Below the pieces are notes generated by a model. That model was given only the letters and a program-made list of their open reading frames with translations, was not told the origin of the DNA and ran no database searches. A program made the position numbers and the translations under genes. From the NCBI GenBank assembly GCA_965221905.1, contig OZ244922.1:2432001-2496000 (forward strand): a stretch of DNA of 64,000 nt, read 5' to 3'. Every line of letters starts with the position of its first letter. The stretch's first letter is position 1. The DNA is from Chloroflexota bacterium (GTDB lineage Bacteria; Chloroflexota; UBA11872; VXOZ01). Shown in pieces: positions 19,077-29,775 of the stretch.

Positions 19077-22040
19077 GTGCCCAGGTATTTGAAATTCAGT
19101 CTACTTACTCTCTTAATTGCGTTGCTAGCGGTGGTGCTGGCGGCGTGTAGCGTGCAGCCTCCGCCTGCGCCAGTGCCGGAACCCACGGCAACGACCGCGC
19201 CGGCTCCCACAGAAGTGCCCGCGCCTGCGCCTACGGCTGAGCCTGTTGCACCCACGCCCATTCCGGTTAAGTCACTTGCGCCTGACTCTCTGTTGCCGCT
19301 CGACCCGGTAGTGGTGCGAGGTACGCTAAGCAACGGACTCACCTACTACATTCGGCACAATGAAGAACCAAAGAACCGGGTGCAACTGATGATGGTAGTG
19401 CGCGCCGGTTCTGTGCTTGAGGAAGAAAGTGAGCGAGGTCTAGCCCATTTCGCCGAACATATGGCTTTCAATGGCACCGATCGTTTCGAGAAGCAGCAAA
19501 TCGTCGAGTATCTCGAATCAATCGGCACCCAATTCGGCCCGGACCTCAATGCTTCAACCGGTTTTGACACCACAACGTACGAGCTTGAAGTACCCACCGA
19601 TGATCCCGAAATCTTAGAAACCGCGTTCCAGATTCTGAGTGACTGGGCCTATGGCATCTCCTTCGAGCCGGAAGAAGTGGATAAGGAACGCTTGGTGGTC
19701 ATCGAGGAGTGGCGCGCACGGCTCGGGTACGGCGATCGCTTCTTTAACCATTGGGTTCCCTTAGTATTCGGCTCCTCGCGCTATACCGAACGCCTGCCTA
19801 TCGGCCTCCTTGAGGTTTTAGAGACTGCTCAGTCTGAAGACCTGCGGGCATTCTACGAGCGCTGGTATCGACCCAACCTGATGGCCGTGGTCATAGTGGG
19901 CGATGTCGACGTAGCCGAAGTGGAAGCTGCGATTAGCCGCCACTTTGCGCCGCCACCTGAAGGGGAGGCCACGCAAGAACGCGCCGCCGTGCAACCGCCT
20001 ACGGATCGGCCCCGCTACGAGGTACCGAGCCATGAAGAGGCGCGTGTGACGGTGTTTACCGATCCCGAGGCTACGGGCACGAGTGCGTTCTTAGTACGCA
20101 CGATTCCTTCCGGTTACGGCGAAACGTTGGCAGCCTATCGCGAGATTCTGGTAGAACGCTTGTCTTTCATGATGTTCAATGCGCGGCTGTTCGAGCTTAG
20201 CCGTACCCCGAACCCACCGTACCTTGGCGCGAATGGGGGACGCGGGGGTCTTGCAGATCCCGCGGATATACTCGTATTCTCGCTCGCGATTGATAAGGAC
20301 GGCGTGGAAGTCGGACTCAACGCTATGCTCGAAGAGCTCCAACGTGTGCGACAGCATGGCTTCACCACTTCCGAACTGGATCGTGAGAAAGTCAATTTGC
20401 TCAGCTTCATGGAAAGCTACTACGAGAGGCGCGGCCAACTGGATTCCAGATCGCTCGCCGAGGAGTATATCGAGCACTTCTTGAACGGCACGGTCGCACC
20501 GGGCGTCGAGATGGAATGGGAATTGGTCCAGGCCCTCTTACCGCAGATCACCCTGGATGAGGTTGACGCATTGGCGGGCTCTTGGAGCGAACCTGGCAAT
20601 ACAGTCCTGCTCGTGACCGGACCCGAAGATATTGGGCCGGGTACAAAGGACGAGCTGGCAGCGGCCGTAACGCAGCAGCTTGCAACTGCGCACACGCTGG
20701 AAGTGGCAGGCTACGAAGATGAAGCTGGCGACAAAGCTCTCTTGGAGGAAATTCCAACCGCCGGATTCATCACTGAGGAAGAAGCGATCGAATCTATCGA
20801 CGCCGTGCAATGGACGCTCTCCAACGGCATTACCGTTTTCGCCAAGCAGACCGACTTCAACAACGATCAGATTCTGTTCCGGTCCTTCAGCCCGGGAGGC
20901 AACTCCCTGGTGTCGGATGAGGACTACGTTTCTGCCGTGCATGCCGCCGCCCTGGTTGCTGGGAGCGGTGCGGGCGAACATGACCTAGTGACCTTGGACA
21001 AGCTGCTCGCAGGCAAGCGGGTCTCGTTATCACCGTACATTGGCACTCTATATGAAGGCTTCTCCGGCAGTTCTTCTCCCCAAGACCTAGAAACCTTATT
21101 CCAGTTGGTCACCCTGTATGCAACCGATCCGCGCATTGATCCGGTTTACTTTGATACGTACACGGCGAGAATGCGCGATATCGCGGAGACGCGCCTCACA
21201 GATCCGGACGAAGTGTTCTTTGACAAAGTGCGCGATGTCCTCAGCCAGGGGCACTTCCGAAGACGGCCGCTCACCCTTGAACTCGTGAATGAGATCAACA
21301 TGGAGCGCGCCTTGGCCGTATACAGCGACCGGTTTGCGGACATTGCCGACTCTACCTTTGTGATCGTGGGCGCCTTCGATTGGGATGCTCTCCGTTCGTT
21401 CACTGCTACCTACCTCGCCAGTTTGCCGAACTCCGGGCGCGTTGAGGAGTGGCGCGACCCCGAGATCGATCCGCCGTCAGGTCTGGTAGAACACACAGTC
21501 CGCCACGGCATTGAGCCCCGTAGCACTCAGGTCTTGGTATTTGCCGGCGATTTTGAGTGGAGCCGCGGGGAAGCACTGACCCTTGCCCTAATGGGTGATA
21601 TACTCCAGATCCGTTTGCGAGAAGCTGTGCGGGAGGAGGAAGGCGGCACCTACAGTATTGGCGTCAATGCCTCGAGTTCCTCTGCCCCTGACACTGAGTA
21701 CCAGGTTTATGCGCTGTTCGATAGTGACCCCGACCGCGTCGAAGAGCTCTTTGGAGTAGTCCTGGAGGAGATGGAGTGGTTGATCGATGGGGGTGAACAG
21801 AAATATCTCGACACCGCCAAAGAGCTTCTGCGCTCATCCAGAGAGGAGCGGCTACGCGAGAATTCGTTCTGGCTGAGCCAAATTGGCGCTATTGTCCAGC
21901 TTGACGATTCCTTTGATCTGATGAACACGTATGAAGACCGTTTGGATACGGTGACTCTCGACCAGATTGTGGCAGCAGCCGAGCGGTACCTTACGTTCGA
22001 CCGCTACATACGCATCGTACTCCACCCGGCAGAGGAATAA
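19077..22040 (+). CDS. M16 family zinc peptidase lipoprotein (PqqL-like)
   Basis: lipobox LAAC, Pro/Thr linker, GLAHFAEHMAFNG (HxxEH), LREAVREEEGGTY. Confidence 0.93.
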   Translation: MPRYLKFSLLTLLIALLAVVLAACSVQPPPAPVPEPTATTAPAPTEVPAPAPTAEPVAPTPIPVKSLAPDSLLPLDPVVVRGTLSNGLTYYIRHNEEPKNRVQLMMVVRAGSVLEEESERGLAHFAEHMAFNGTDRFEKQQIVEYLESIGTQFGPDLNASTGFDTTTYELEVPTDDPEILETAFQILSDWAYGISFEPEEVDKERLVVIEEWRARLGYGDRFFNHWVPLVFGSSRYTERLPIGLLEVLETAQSEDLRAFYERWYRPNLMAVVIVGDVDVAEVEAAISRHFAPPPEGEATQERAAVQPPTDRPRYEVPSHEEARVTVFTDPEATGTSAFLVRTIPSGYGETLAAYREILVERLSFMMFNARLFELSRTPNPPYLGANGGRGGLADPADILVFSLAIDKDGVEVGLNAMLEELQRVRQHGFTTSELDREKVNLLSFMESYYERRGQLDSRSLAEEYIEHFLNGTVAPGVEMEWELVQALLPQITLDEVDALAGSWSEPGNTVLLVTGPEDIGPGTKDELAAAVTQQLATAHTLEVAGYEDEAGDKALLEEIPTAGFITEEEAIESIDAVQWTLSNGITVFAKQTDFNNDQILFRSFSPGGNSLVSDEDYVSAVHAAALVAGSGAGEHDLVTLDKLLAGKRVSLSPYIGTLYEGFSGSSSPQDLETLFQLVTLYATDPRIDPVYFDTYTARMRDIAETRLTDPDEVFFDKVRDVLSQGHFRRRPLTLELVNEINMERALAVYSDRFADIADSTFVIVGAFDWDALRSFTATYLASLPNSGRVEEWRDPEIDPPSGLVEHTVRHGIEPRSTQVLVFAGDFEWSRGEALTLALMGDILQIRLREAVREEEGGTYSIGVNASSSSAPDTEYQVYALFDSDPDRVEELFGVVLEEMEWLIDGGEQKYLDTAKELLRSSREERLRENSFWLSQIGAIVQLDDSFDLMNTYEDRLDTVTLDQIVAAAERYLTFDRYIRIVLHPAEE

Positions 22041-22412
22041 ACCAAAAGCAACCATGCTGGCATGACTGAGCCACCGCGATGCCGTGCCGGCATGGATTTT
22101 GGTTGTGATCGCCCCAGCGACCACACCTCGACGAACACGTGAAGCACCGTTTTTGCATGTGATGTCTCTCGCGGCTAATGGGACAATCTTTCTTTCGGTC
22201 TGCGACTCAGTAGGCCCCAAGCATTCATAGCAAGTCTCGGCATTTTTCCCTTTAGAAGCTTCAGCGCTTCTTCCTTGCAAGTCAACGATTGTCGACCGGG
22301 TGCTTTCTAGGCACATCGAGGCAATTGCTCTTCCCATGCTGCTCCGATTCGGCACATCGGAGCGTAAATCTCTTCTACGAATTCCTAAGAAGACCTCCCC
22401 TAGGAGATCCGC

Positions 22413-23363
22413 ATGAACGCCCGCGACTCATCTCCCCTCTGGCAAGATTGCAGACAGTTCCTCGACTATTGCGGGTACCTCAATCGTTCGCCGCAAACCG
22501 TTCGCACCTACGAACAGGTGCTCTCCGACTTTGCTGCCTACTGTACCAAGACTAATCGCCCGGTAACGTGCGTTGAAGACCTTACATTGCCCATAATCAC
22601 GGCGTTTCTTGCCTGGAAGCGCACGCACACAAGTGCATCGACCTTGGCAAAATATGCCTCGTGCCTGCGTAGTATGCTTCGTTACTTCAGCTTGCACGAG
22701 GACCGTGCCGTACTTGTCTACGACAAGATACAGCTCCCTAAGCTGCAACGCCACGCTCCTCGCAACGTGCCCACTGCCGAAGACATCGTGCATCTCTTCC
22801 GCTCTATCCCGCAGGACACGCCTCAAGGTCGGCGCGATCGTGCGCTCGTCATGCTCTTCTTCTCAACCGGAATGCGCCTGGCGGAACTCTGTGCGCTCGA
22901 CCACGCCGATCTGCCTTTGGAACGTCTCGGCACCGACCAACTGCTGCAGATCATCATAAGGGGCAAGGGCGACAAAGACCGGCCGGTCTTCCTCCAACAG
23001 GGCGCTCAACTGGCCGTTCGCGAGTACTTGGAGACCCGCGAGGATGAGTTTCCACCGCTTTTCATCCGCTACCGTCCCGGCATGACGGCGGAGGAAGACG
23101 CCCAAGATAACGAAAAGAGACTATCGCCGCGTATGGTACGCAAGATCATCACGCAACATGCCCGGCGGTCGGGAGTGGGGCATCTGGCGCCCCACGCGCT
23201 GCGGCATGGATTTGCCGTGGACTTATTGCGCAACGACGTGAATCTGCGTGTGATCCAAGAGCTCCTCGGCCATTCCAGCCTGTCTACGACGCAAATCTAC
23301 ACCCACTTGGTGAACCGCGCCCTGGCGGACGCAGTCCGTCATCGGGCCGATCCCGCGGTGTAG
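22413..23363 (+). CDS. tyrosine recombinase, XerC/XerD family
   Basis: TGMRLAEL, GKGDK, HALRH, LLGH, TQIYT; complete catalytic set. Confidence 0.93.
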   Translation: MNARDSSPLWQDCRQFLDYCGYLNRSPQTVRTYEQVLSDFAAYCTKTNRPVTCVEDLTLPIITAFLAWKRTHTSASTLAKYASCLRSMLRYFSLHEDRAVLVYDKIQLPKLQRHAPRNVPTAEDIVHLFRSIPQDTPQGRRDRALVMLFFSTGMRLAELCALDHADLPLERLGTDQLLQIIIRGKGDKDRPVFLQQGAQLAVREYLETREDEFPPLFIRYRPGMTAEEDAQDNEKRLSPRMVRKIITQHARRSGVGHLAPHALRHGFAVDLLRNDVNLRVIQELLGHSSLSTTQIYTHLVNRALADAVRHRADPAV

Positions 23364-23480
23364 TCCGCCCTAGCGCAAAAGCGACGAACGTCAATTGAGG
23401 CTCGTGCACTCAGGCTGCTCTTAGGCAAAAGCGGTAGGTTGTCTAGCAATAATCGGTCTTCTAATGCCTGGAGGTTTGCA

Positions 23481-24488
23481 GTGAACGTACATGAATTGGC
23501 GAATGCAGGGAAGAATGGCGCCGGCCAGGATACCAGCCTGCGTGATTACATTCTCGAAGAGTTCATAGAAGACTATCAAGAAGGTGAGATCAATCGGCGG
23601 GAAGCGCTCCAGCGCATCGCCGCGATCACGGGCAGCGTTGCCATTGCTAGTGCCATCTTGGCCGCATGCGCCACGCCGGACGAACAAGCAGCCTCGCCGG
23701 AGACCGCCGGCGAATCCTCCGCTCAACCGGCTTCGCCCACTGCCGAAGTGCAGTCCGCCACAGAAAGCGCGCCGGGGATGACCGTTTCTCCAGATGACCC
23801 TGACATCGAGGCGAACGAAGTAGAAGTGCCCGGAGATGGCGTGGCGCTGATGGGCTACGTAGCCAAGCCAAGCGGGGACGGGCCGTTCCCCGCCGTGTTG
23901 ATCTGCCACGAGAATCGCGGCTTGAATGAACATATCCGGGACGTTGCGCGACGCTTTGCGAGGGCGGGCTACGTGGGGTTGGCGCTCGACATGCTATCCC
24001 GGCAAGGCGGCAGGGATGCAGCAGGCGGGCCATCCCAAGCGCCGGGACTGCTCAGCAACATTCCGCCGCAGCAGTTCGTGGATGACTTCAAGGCCGGACT
24101 GCTCTTCCTTCAATCTCAGGCATTTGTGGCCCCGGGCCGCTTCGGCATGACAGGCTTCTGCTTTGGCGGCGGCGTGACCTGGCGCTGCGCTACGCAAATC
24201 TCAGAACTGAGAGCGGCCGTGCCTTTCTACGGGCCAAACCCGCCCTTAGCGGACGTGCCAAACATTCAGGCCGCCGTCCTCGCCATCTACGCGGAGCAAG
24301 ACCAACGCATCAATGCGGGCATTTCGGCAATCGAGACAGCCATGCAAGAAAACAATAAGACGTTCGAGAAGATCATCTATCCCAATGCCAACCACGCGTT
24401 CCACAACGACACCGGGTCACGGTATGTCGAAGAAGCCGCGAAGGACGCATGGCAACAGACCTTGGCCTGGTTTGCAGAGCATCTTTAG
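23481..24488 (+). CDS. dienelactone hydrolase family lipoprotein (Tat)
   Basis: NRREAL Tat motif, LAAC, HENRGL, GFCFGG, HAFHND; GGAGG before GTG. Confidence 0.92.
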   Translation: MNVHELANAGKNGAGQDTSLRDYILEEFIEDYQEGEINRREALQRIAAITGSVAIASAILAACATPDEQAASPETAGESSAQPASPTAEVQSATESAPGMTVSPDDPDIEANEVEVPGDGVALMGYVAKPSGDGPFPAVLICHENRGLNEHIRDVARRFARAGYVGLALDMLSRQGGRDAAGGPSQAPGLLSNIPPQQFVDDFKAGLLFLQSQAFVAPGRFGMTGFCFGGGVTWRCATQISELRAAVPFYGPNPPLADVPNIQAAVLAIYAEQDQRINAGISAIETAMQENNKTFEKIIYPNANHAFHNDTGSRYVEEAAKDAWQQTLAWFAEHL

Positions 24489-24562
24489 CTCTAGCCGCCC
24501 GACGGTCAACACATGAGAATCTCTTGCCACAGACGCTGACCTGGAGTTGCCGTCAAAACAAG

Positions 24563-24590
24563 AGGAGCCGCCCCAATTGGGGCGGCTCCT
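24563..24590. terminator. intrinsic terminator between convergent genes
   Basis: AGGAGCCGCCCC-AATT-GGGGCGGCTCCT perfect inverted repeat, T-rich tail on - strand. Confidence 0.75.
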
Positions 24591-24641
24591 TCATGATCAG
24601 CCACTTGCGATATGCAAGACCGGATTGGGAATAAACTGCGG

Positions 24642-26075
24642 CTACTTCGCCGATTCTTCCGCCAAAATGGCCTCCAGAATGGGCTTGACGTTCTTCAAGC
24701 CGTCGGCAGGCGCCACTTTACCGGTAATCATCTCGCCCCACAGCGGTCTGACCGCTTCCTCCATCATGCGCGGCCACGCCGAGGTGACGAGCGCGGGATC
24801 GCCGCCGTTGCCACCGAGCGGGAGCGAGTTGACAAAGGCGTCAACGCGCACACCCGGGCGTTCTTGATACAGATCACGCAGGAACTTCTCAGCGCCCTCG
24901 AGCCGTGCCGGGATATTGCTGGTAAGCAGCGCCCACCGGTCCTCGGGAATATGGAACTTGACAAACTCCCAGGCCAGATCGGTTGCCTTCGACTGCGTGC
25001 CAACCCCATAGCCCCAAATCTTGAACTCAGGCAAAGAGACTGCGGCATTCGGGAAAGGCGTAAACGCCCAGTCGATATCCGTCGTGTCACGGTACTTGCC
25101 AAGCTGCCAGGACCCCATCTTGATCACGCCGGTCTTACCGAGCGTAAAGTGGGTGAAACCGCGCTGCGGCTCCCCAAGGTTCTCATTGGCCTCATCCCGC
25201 GAGGGCCAGACCCTGTCCTGGAGTTGGAGAGCAATATAGGACTCGTACGCCTCAATCACTTCCGGCGAATCGCAGGTGATTGACTGGAAGTCATCCGAAA
25301 TCCAGGCGCCCTCCCAGAGCATGGGGGTATTGGGATAGTAATTGATGCCGACGCGGTCCAGGCCGTACTGGGTGTACTTGCCACCGGACTCCTTGGTCAG
25401 CTTCTGCATAGTGTCGCGGAACTCGTCCCACGTCCACGAATTGTTCCAATCCTCCGAGGGTTCATCGACGCCGGCATCGGTAAACAGCGTGCGGTTATAG
25501 AGCAGCGCGATCGCCTCACCGTGATGGTACGTGGTCAGGCCGTAGATATTGCCCTCGAATGAGGAAAATGTCGTGCGGCCGTCCCTGGCAAACTGCGTCA
25601 TGTCGTAATTGTCGCGCTTGATAAGATCATCAAGCGGCGTAACGAGGCCGTTGCGCACGTACAACGGCGGCGCAAGGGTCATGAAAACGTCAGCCAAGAC
25701 ACCTCCGGCCAACATCGTTGTAAGTTCAAGGCCCTGCGAGACCAGACCACCCGGAGCGACCAGAAGCTCCACGGTAGCGCCCGGATTGGCCTCGGCAAAC
25801 GGCTCGAACATCACGCTTTCCACGTTCCCCTGGTCTCGATCCGAGAACCAGGAGTAGTAACGCAGCGTAACCTCCTCAGCCACGGGGGCCGCTTCCGCCT
25901 GCTTTTCCTCCTTCATCTCCTCTTTGGCTTCGGGTTCCGCCATTGTCGTTGTGGTCCCCGTGCCGCAGGCCGCTAAGATAGTGACGCCCAAGCCACCAAT
26001 TCCAACACTCGCCAGCAAACGCCGACGCGACAATCCAGTCACGCCACGTTCTTCTTGCTCAATCTTCATTGCCAC
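24642..26075 (-). CDS. sugar-family ABC transporter substrate-binding lipoprotein
   Basis: SRRRLL Tat motif, LAAC, LLYNRTLF..AGV, WTWDEF. Confidence 0.9.
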   Translation of the reverse strand: MAMKIEQEERGVTGLSRRRLLASVGIGGLGVTILAACGTGTTTTMAEPEAKEEMKEEKQAEAAPVAEEVTLRYYSWFSDRDQGNVESVMFEPFAEANPGATVELLVAPGGLVSQGLELTTMLAGGVLADVFMTLAPPLYVRNGLVTPLDDLIKRDNYDMTQFARDGRTTFSSFEGNIYGLTTYHHGEAIALLYNRTLFTDAGVDEPSEDWNNSWTWDEFRDTMQKLTKESGGKYTQYGLDRVGINYYPNTPMLWEGAWISDDFQSITCDSPEVIEAYESYIALQLQDRVWPSRDEANENLGEPQRGFTHFTLGKTGVIKMGSWQLGKYRDTTDIDWAFTPFPNAAVSLPEFKIWGYGVGTQSKATDLAWEFVKFHIPEDRWALLTSNIPARLEGAEKFLRDLYQERPGVRVDAFVNSLPLGGNGGDPALVTSAWPRMMEEAVRPLWGEMITGKVAPADGLKNVKPILEAILAEESAK

Positions 26076-26367
26076 TGTCTCCTTGAAAGCAAATGCCTAC
26101 TACACAACAATCTTGAGCTACACTAGTAGCCCTAGTGTCCTTATATTACTTCCTCTGCCCGGCACCGTCAAGTAGACTCCGTACGGCTGATCCCCTCTTG
26201 CTGCACGCACATTTTCTGATTGACAGTCTGGAGGATTAAAGTCTTAACCCCTGTCGTGCAGAGTGAGCCAAAGCAGCGTTCGTGTTGCGCTCTTTGTACG
26301 GTTTTCGCTGTGTCTCTTTATGCGCCTTTACAGAACCAGACATACCATCTGAGCCGAGCCCTTTGTA

Positions 26368-26439
26368 CCATTCGCGCTGAGCCCGTCTTGCCGTTCGCCC
26401 TGAGCCTGTCTTGCCGTTCGCGCTGAGCCTGTCGAAGCG
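26368..26439 (+). repeat. three tandem 23-bp units of repeat family B (CCGTTCGCGCTGAGCCTGTC...)
   Basis: direct repeats without spacers; same core CTGAGCCTGTCGAAG at 51385-51558. Confidence 0.75.
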
Positions 26440-26491
26440 CAGAGAGCAGATTTCGTCCGCAAAGTAACCGGGAGAAGCGCCGGCTTTCAGC

Positions 26492-26520
26492 CCGTCAATC
26501 CGGCAAAAGCCGGAATCCAG
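26492..26520 (-). repeat. palindromic repeat family A
   Basis: reverse complement CTGGATTCCGGCTTTTGCCGGATTGACGG. Confidence 0.75.
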
Positions 26521-26632
26521 ATACTGGAGGCTCCACATTTCTGCTAAGAGGAGTGCCTAGTCCATACCGCTGAAGACGGCGGCAATGCAAGTAAGCCTAT
26601 CGCAAGTGGGTCCGCAGCGCGAATGAATCGCC

Positions 26633-27439
26633 CTAATCGCCACCTTCTCGCGAGGATTCCGCCGCATGCTCGTGCATTGCGATCATAAGACCGGCGAGAG
26701 AGATTATGTCGAGCACATTGTGGTGAAACACGGCCTCGAGGGACGCGATCTCTCCGGAATCCAGATAATCCAAATAGAGGCCCGGCACTTCGCTAGAGGG
26801 TACATCGCCCTGCCGCTTCACGTCGAGAATGTATCTTTCGAGCGTCTGGAGGCGGCAATTGGGAAGCTGCCGTTGCCAGAGGCGCCGCGCGCCGTATATC
26901 AAATCGCAATGCAGAATATTCCGTAGGTCTACCTGGATGTCGTGGGCTTTCATGCGTGCGCGCAGCAACGGCAGATCAAAGCTAACGCCGTTAAAGGTGG
27001 TCATTGTCGGCCACTGGGGGAGAGTCTCCGCAATTGCCTGCAACATGGCAGCTTCTTCATCCGGGCTACGAATGAAGTGCTGCTCTACAACGAAGGCATC
27101 ATCCTCTAGGTACCCCACTCCCACCAGAAAGACGTACGTCCCCGGCCCGCCCAAGCCGGTAGTCTCCGTATCCAGATAGAGCATGCGCCGCACGTCCGGC
27201 GGGCTGCTGTCTCCGGTCTCGCCGCTAGCACTTTGGCTCTTCGGCGCCCCGTCGTCAGGAGACTTCGTTTCTCCACGACGATACGAACGGATCTTGCGCG
27301 CACCTGCCGTACGCACCACCTGCGCCGCATCAACGTCCAACACCTGCTGCAGCACGTGCCTGCCATGCTGATGCATAAGAGGATAAACCACGCGACGAAC
27401 CAAATGGGCGCCATGCGAAATATCGTGTACTTGCCACAT
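26633..27439 (-). CDS. YprB-like RNase_H_2 (DEDD) exonuclease domain protein
   Basis: YLDTETTGL, TFNGVSFDLP, CRLQTLE, HHNVLDI. Confidence 0.9.
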   Translation of the reverse strand: MWQVHDISHGAHLVRRVVYPLMHQHGRHVLQQVLDVDAAQVVRTAGARKIRSYRRGETKSPDDGAPKSQSASGETGDSSPPDVRRMLYLDTETTGLGGPGTYVFLVGVGYLEDDAFVVEQHFIRSPDEEAAMLQAIAETLPQWPTMTTFNGVSFDLPLLRARMKAHDIQVDLRNILHCDLIYGARRLWQRQLPNCRLQTLERYILDVKRQGDVPSSEVPGLYLDYLDSGEIASLEAVFHHNVLDIISLAGLMIAMHEHAAESSREGGD

Positions 27440-27598
27440 CTTATCCGGTGTCCCTAATCCAATTGAGGGCCGTGCAAGACCTTAAGCCACGTTTGGAAGT
27501 GCAATTCTGTGGAGGCCGATGTTTCGTGAAAGGCATGCCTGGCACGGAATAGAGAATTTCAATCTGTCTGCAATTGGCGTCACTTTGCTTACGTGCAT

Positions 27599-27805
27599 TT
27601 AAACCTCGACCAAGACGGTTGACGCCTGCGGTTCTGGTATTGATATTCCTTCCTCCCGCATGCCTTCCAGGTGGAAGGCGATCGCCCCCTGAATGTTTTG
27701 GATGACTTGCTCTAGTGTATCGCCGGTAGCCACGCAGCCAGGCAGATCCGGCACATACGCAGAATAGTTCTGCGGTGTCTTTTCAATTACCACAGCATAC
27801 TTCAT
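27599..27805 (-). CDS. hicB: HicB family antitoxin (no adjacent hicA)
   Basis: YAVVIEK...YSAYVPDLPGCVATGDT...AIAFHLEG...IPEP. Confidence 0.92.
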   Translation of the reverse strand: MKYAVVIEKTPQNYSAYVPDLPGCVATGDTLEQVIQNIQGAIAFHLEGMREEGISIPEPQASTVLVEV

Positions 27806-27880
27806 CGCTTATCCTATCTGCCCGTTGTCCCAGCCGCCGCGTCAGCAGTGCGGTTAGTTTGCCTTGTAGTAGTCAATACA

Positions 27881-28372
27881 CTAGATTGCTTCGTACGCTT
27901 TGCGACTGCCTTTGCCATTCGAACGAAGACGCCGCTGTTTGACCAGAGAGTCAATGGCTGCTTTGACCGTGGGCTCGCCGTGGCGGCGAAACTTACCGCA
28001 GACTTTACTTAGCGAGCGGGGGCGCTCACAGTAGGCCAACACCTCTTCCGCCAGCAACTCGTGCGTGACTGGGAGCGGTGCGATCGGCCGCACCACAGTG
28101 TGGCCGAGATTGGAGTCTACATACTCGCCCGGAGTGAACTCCAAGCGCCCCTGGCCCGCCTGTTCTGCCAAGAAGCTTTGCAGACGCTTCCGCAACACGC
28201 CGCCGGTTCCAGCCGAACCGTAGCCGTGGATCACGTCCACCGCGGCGGCTGCACCGCCGCCGGCGCCTTGAAGCCAATCGTTATAGAATTCGATGAAGTT
28301 ATGCAGGGCTTCCTGCCAGGTTTGTTCGTGAAGGTCCAACTCATGAGCAGACCGAACGTCATGGATAGTCAT
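27881..28372 (-). CDS. stand-alone Smr/MutS2 domain protein
   Basis: ELDLH, VIHGYGS..GGVL, NLGHTVV; short helical C-terminal extension. Confidence 0.85.
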   Translation of the reverse strand: MTIHDVRSAHELDLHEQTWQEALHNFIEFYNDWLQGAGGGAAAAVDVIHGYGSAGTGGVLRKRLQSFLAEQAGQGRLEFTPGEYVDSNLGHTVVRPIAPLPVTHELLAEEVLAYCERPRSLSKVCGKFRRHGEPTVKAAIDSLVKQRRLRSNGKGSRKAYEAI

Positions 28373-28438
28373 TGGAGATCGTGTATTCACATAAGAATGC
28401 AAGTTGCGCCGGTGTCATCTATGCGGAGATTCAAAAAT

Positions 28439-28557
28439 CCTTGGGCAACGGCCTATTTTCCCACACAGTCGCCCGTGCAGTATCGTCGGTGCTGAGGGGC
28501 TTAACTACCGTGTTCGGGATGGGAACGGGTGTACCCCCCTCGCCTTGTCACCCAAGG
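28439..28557 (-). rRNA. rrf: 5S ribosomal RNA
   Basis: reverse complement has ACACCCGTTCCCATCCCGAACACGGTAGTTAAG; terminal helix CCTTGG/CCAAGG. Confidence 0.96.
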
Positions 28558-28937
28558 AATTCTTGACAGAGTTATTAGAAACGTGCCGTGCGTGTGATGC
28601 CACCCAACGAAAGATGGCAGCCGCACGTCAAGAGACGACGCGTTATGTCAATGTGCAGTAGTGAACGATGCGCAATACTTTAATGGGAACGTCTGGCGAA
28701 CAAACCCGCCATGACTATCCCGACCGGAGTGATAGAATTCTCGCGCTTGGAGAATACATCACAGATTACAGAACTCCAAATTTGCCAATTAGAAGCGCGG
28801 TTAAGTCCTCGACCATTAGTACCGCTCGGCTGAACGCGTTACCGCGCTTACACCTGCGGCCTATCAACCAGATAATCTCTCTGGGGTCTTACCTCTCGCC
28901 GCAATGCAGCGAGAGTGGGGAACCTAATCTTAAGGCT

Positions 28938-28970
<33 letters not shown>

Positions 28971-29028
28971 ATTCCGAACGTAGCTACCCAGCGATGCCTC
29001 TGGCGAGACAACTGGTACACCAGCGGTT

Positions 29029-29060
<32 letters not shown>

Positions 29061-29088
29061 CTCCTCTCAAGTTCCCTGCGCCTGCGGA

Positions 29089-29135
<47 letters not shown>

Positions 29136-29138
29136 GCG

Positions 29139-29173
<35 letters not shown>

Positions 29174-29249
29174 GCTCCAGCCCCAGGATGCGCTGAGCCG
29201 ACATCGAGGTGCCAAGCCTCCCCGTCGCTATGAACGCTTGGGGGAGATA

Positions 29250-29280
<31 letters not shown>

Positions 29281-29442
29281 ATAATCCACGGCCCTTCCAC
29301 TCGGAACCGTAGGGTCACTAAGCCCGACTTTCGTCCCTGCTCGACGTGTATGTCTCGCAGTCAAGCTCCCTTGTGCCTTTACACGCTGAGGCTGATTTCC
29401 ATCCAGCCTGAGGGAACCTTTGGGCGCCTCCGTTATCTTTTG

Positions 29443-29478
<36 letters not shown>

Positions 29479-29736
29479 CTGTCCCCCCCCCGGATTACGG
29501 CAGGGGGTTAGAATAAGGATCGTAGAAGGGTGGTATTTCACGATTGCCTCCCCAATCCCCAAAAGGAAAGGTTCATAGGCTCCCACCTATACTACGCATC
29601 GACGGCCCCGATCCAATGCCAAGTTGCAGTAAAGCTCCACGGGGTCTTTTTGTCCTTCCGCAGGTAACCAGCATCTTCACTGGTACTTCAATTTCGCCGG
29701 GTCCCCTGCTGAGACAGTGCCCAACTCGTTACGCCA

Positions 29737-29775
<39 letters not shown>

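Noticed and set aside
22413-23363. Integron integrase or prophage integrase; cause of the rRNA split
   Set aside because: No IntI-specific insertion, attC array, phage genes or recognisable sites; looks like a stand-alone Xer-type enzyme.
26368-26439. 23-bp direct repeats as a CRISPR array
   Set aside because: Units abut with no spacers, no cas genes are present, and the core belongs to a dispersed repeat family.
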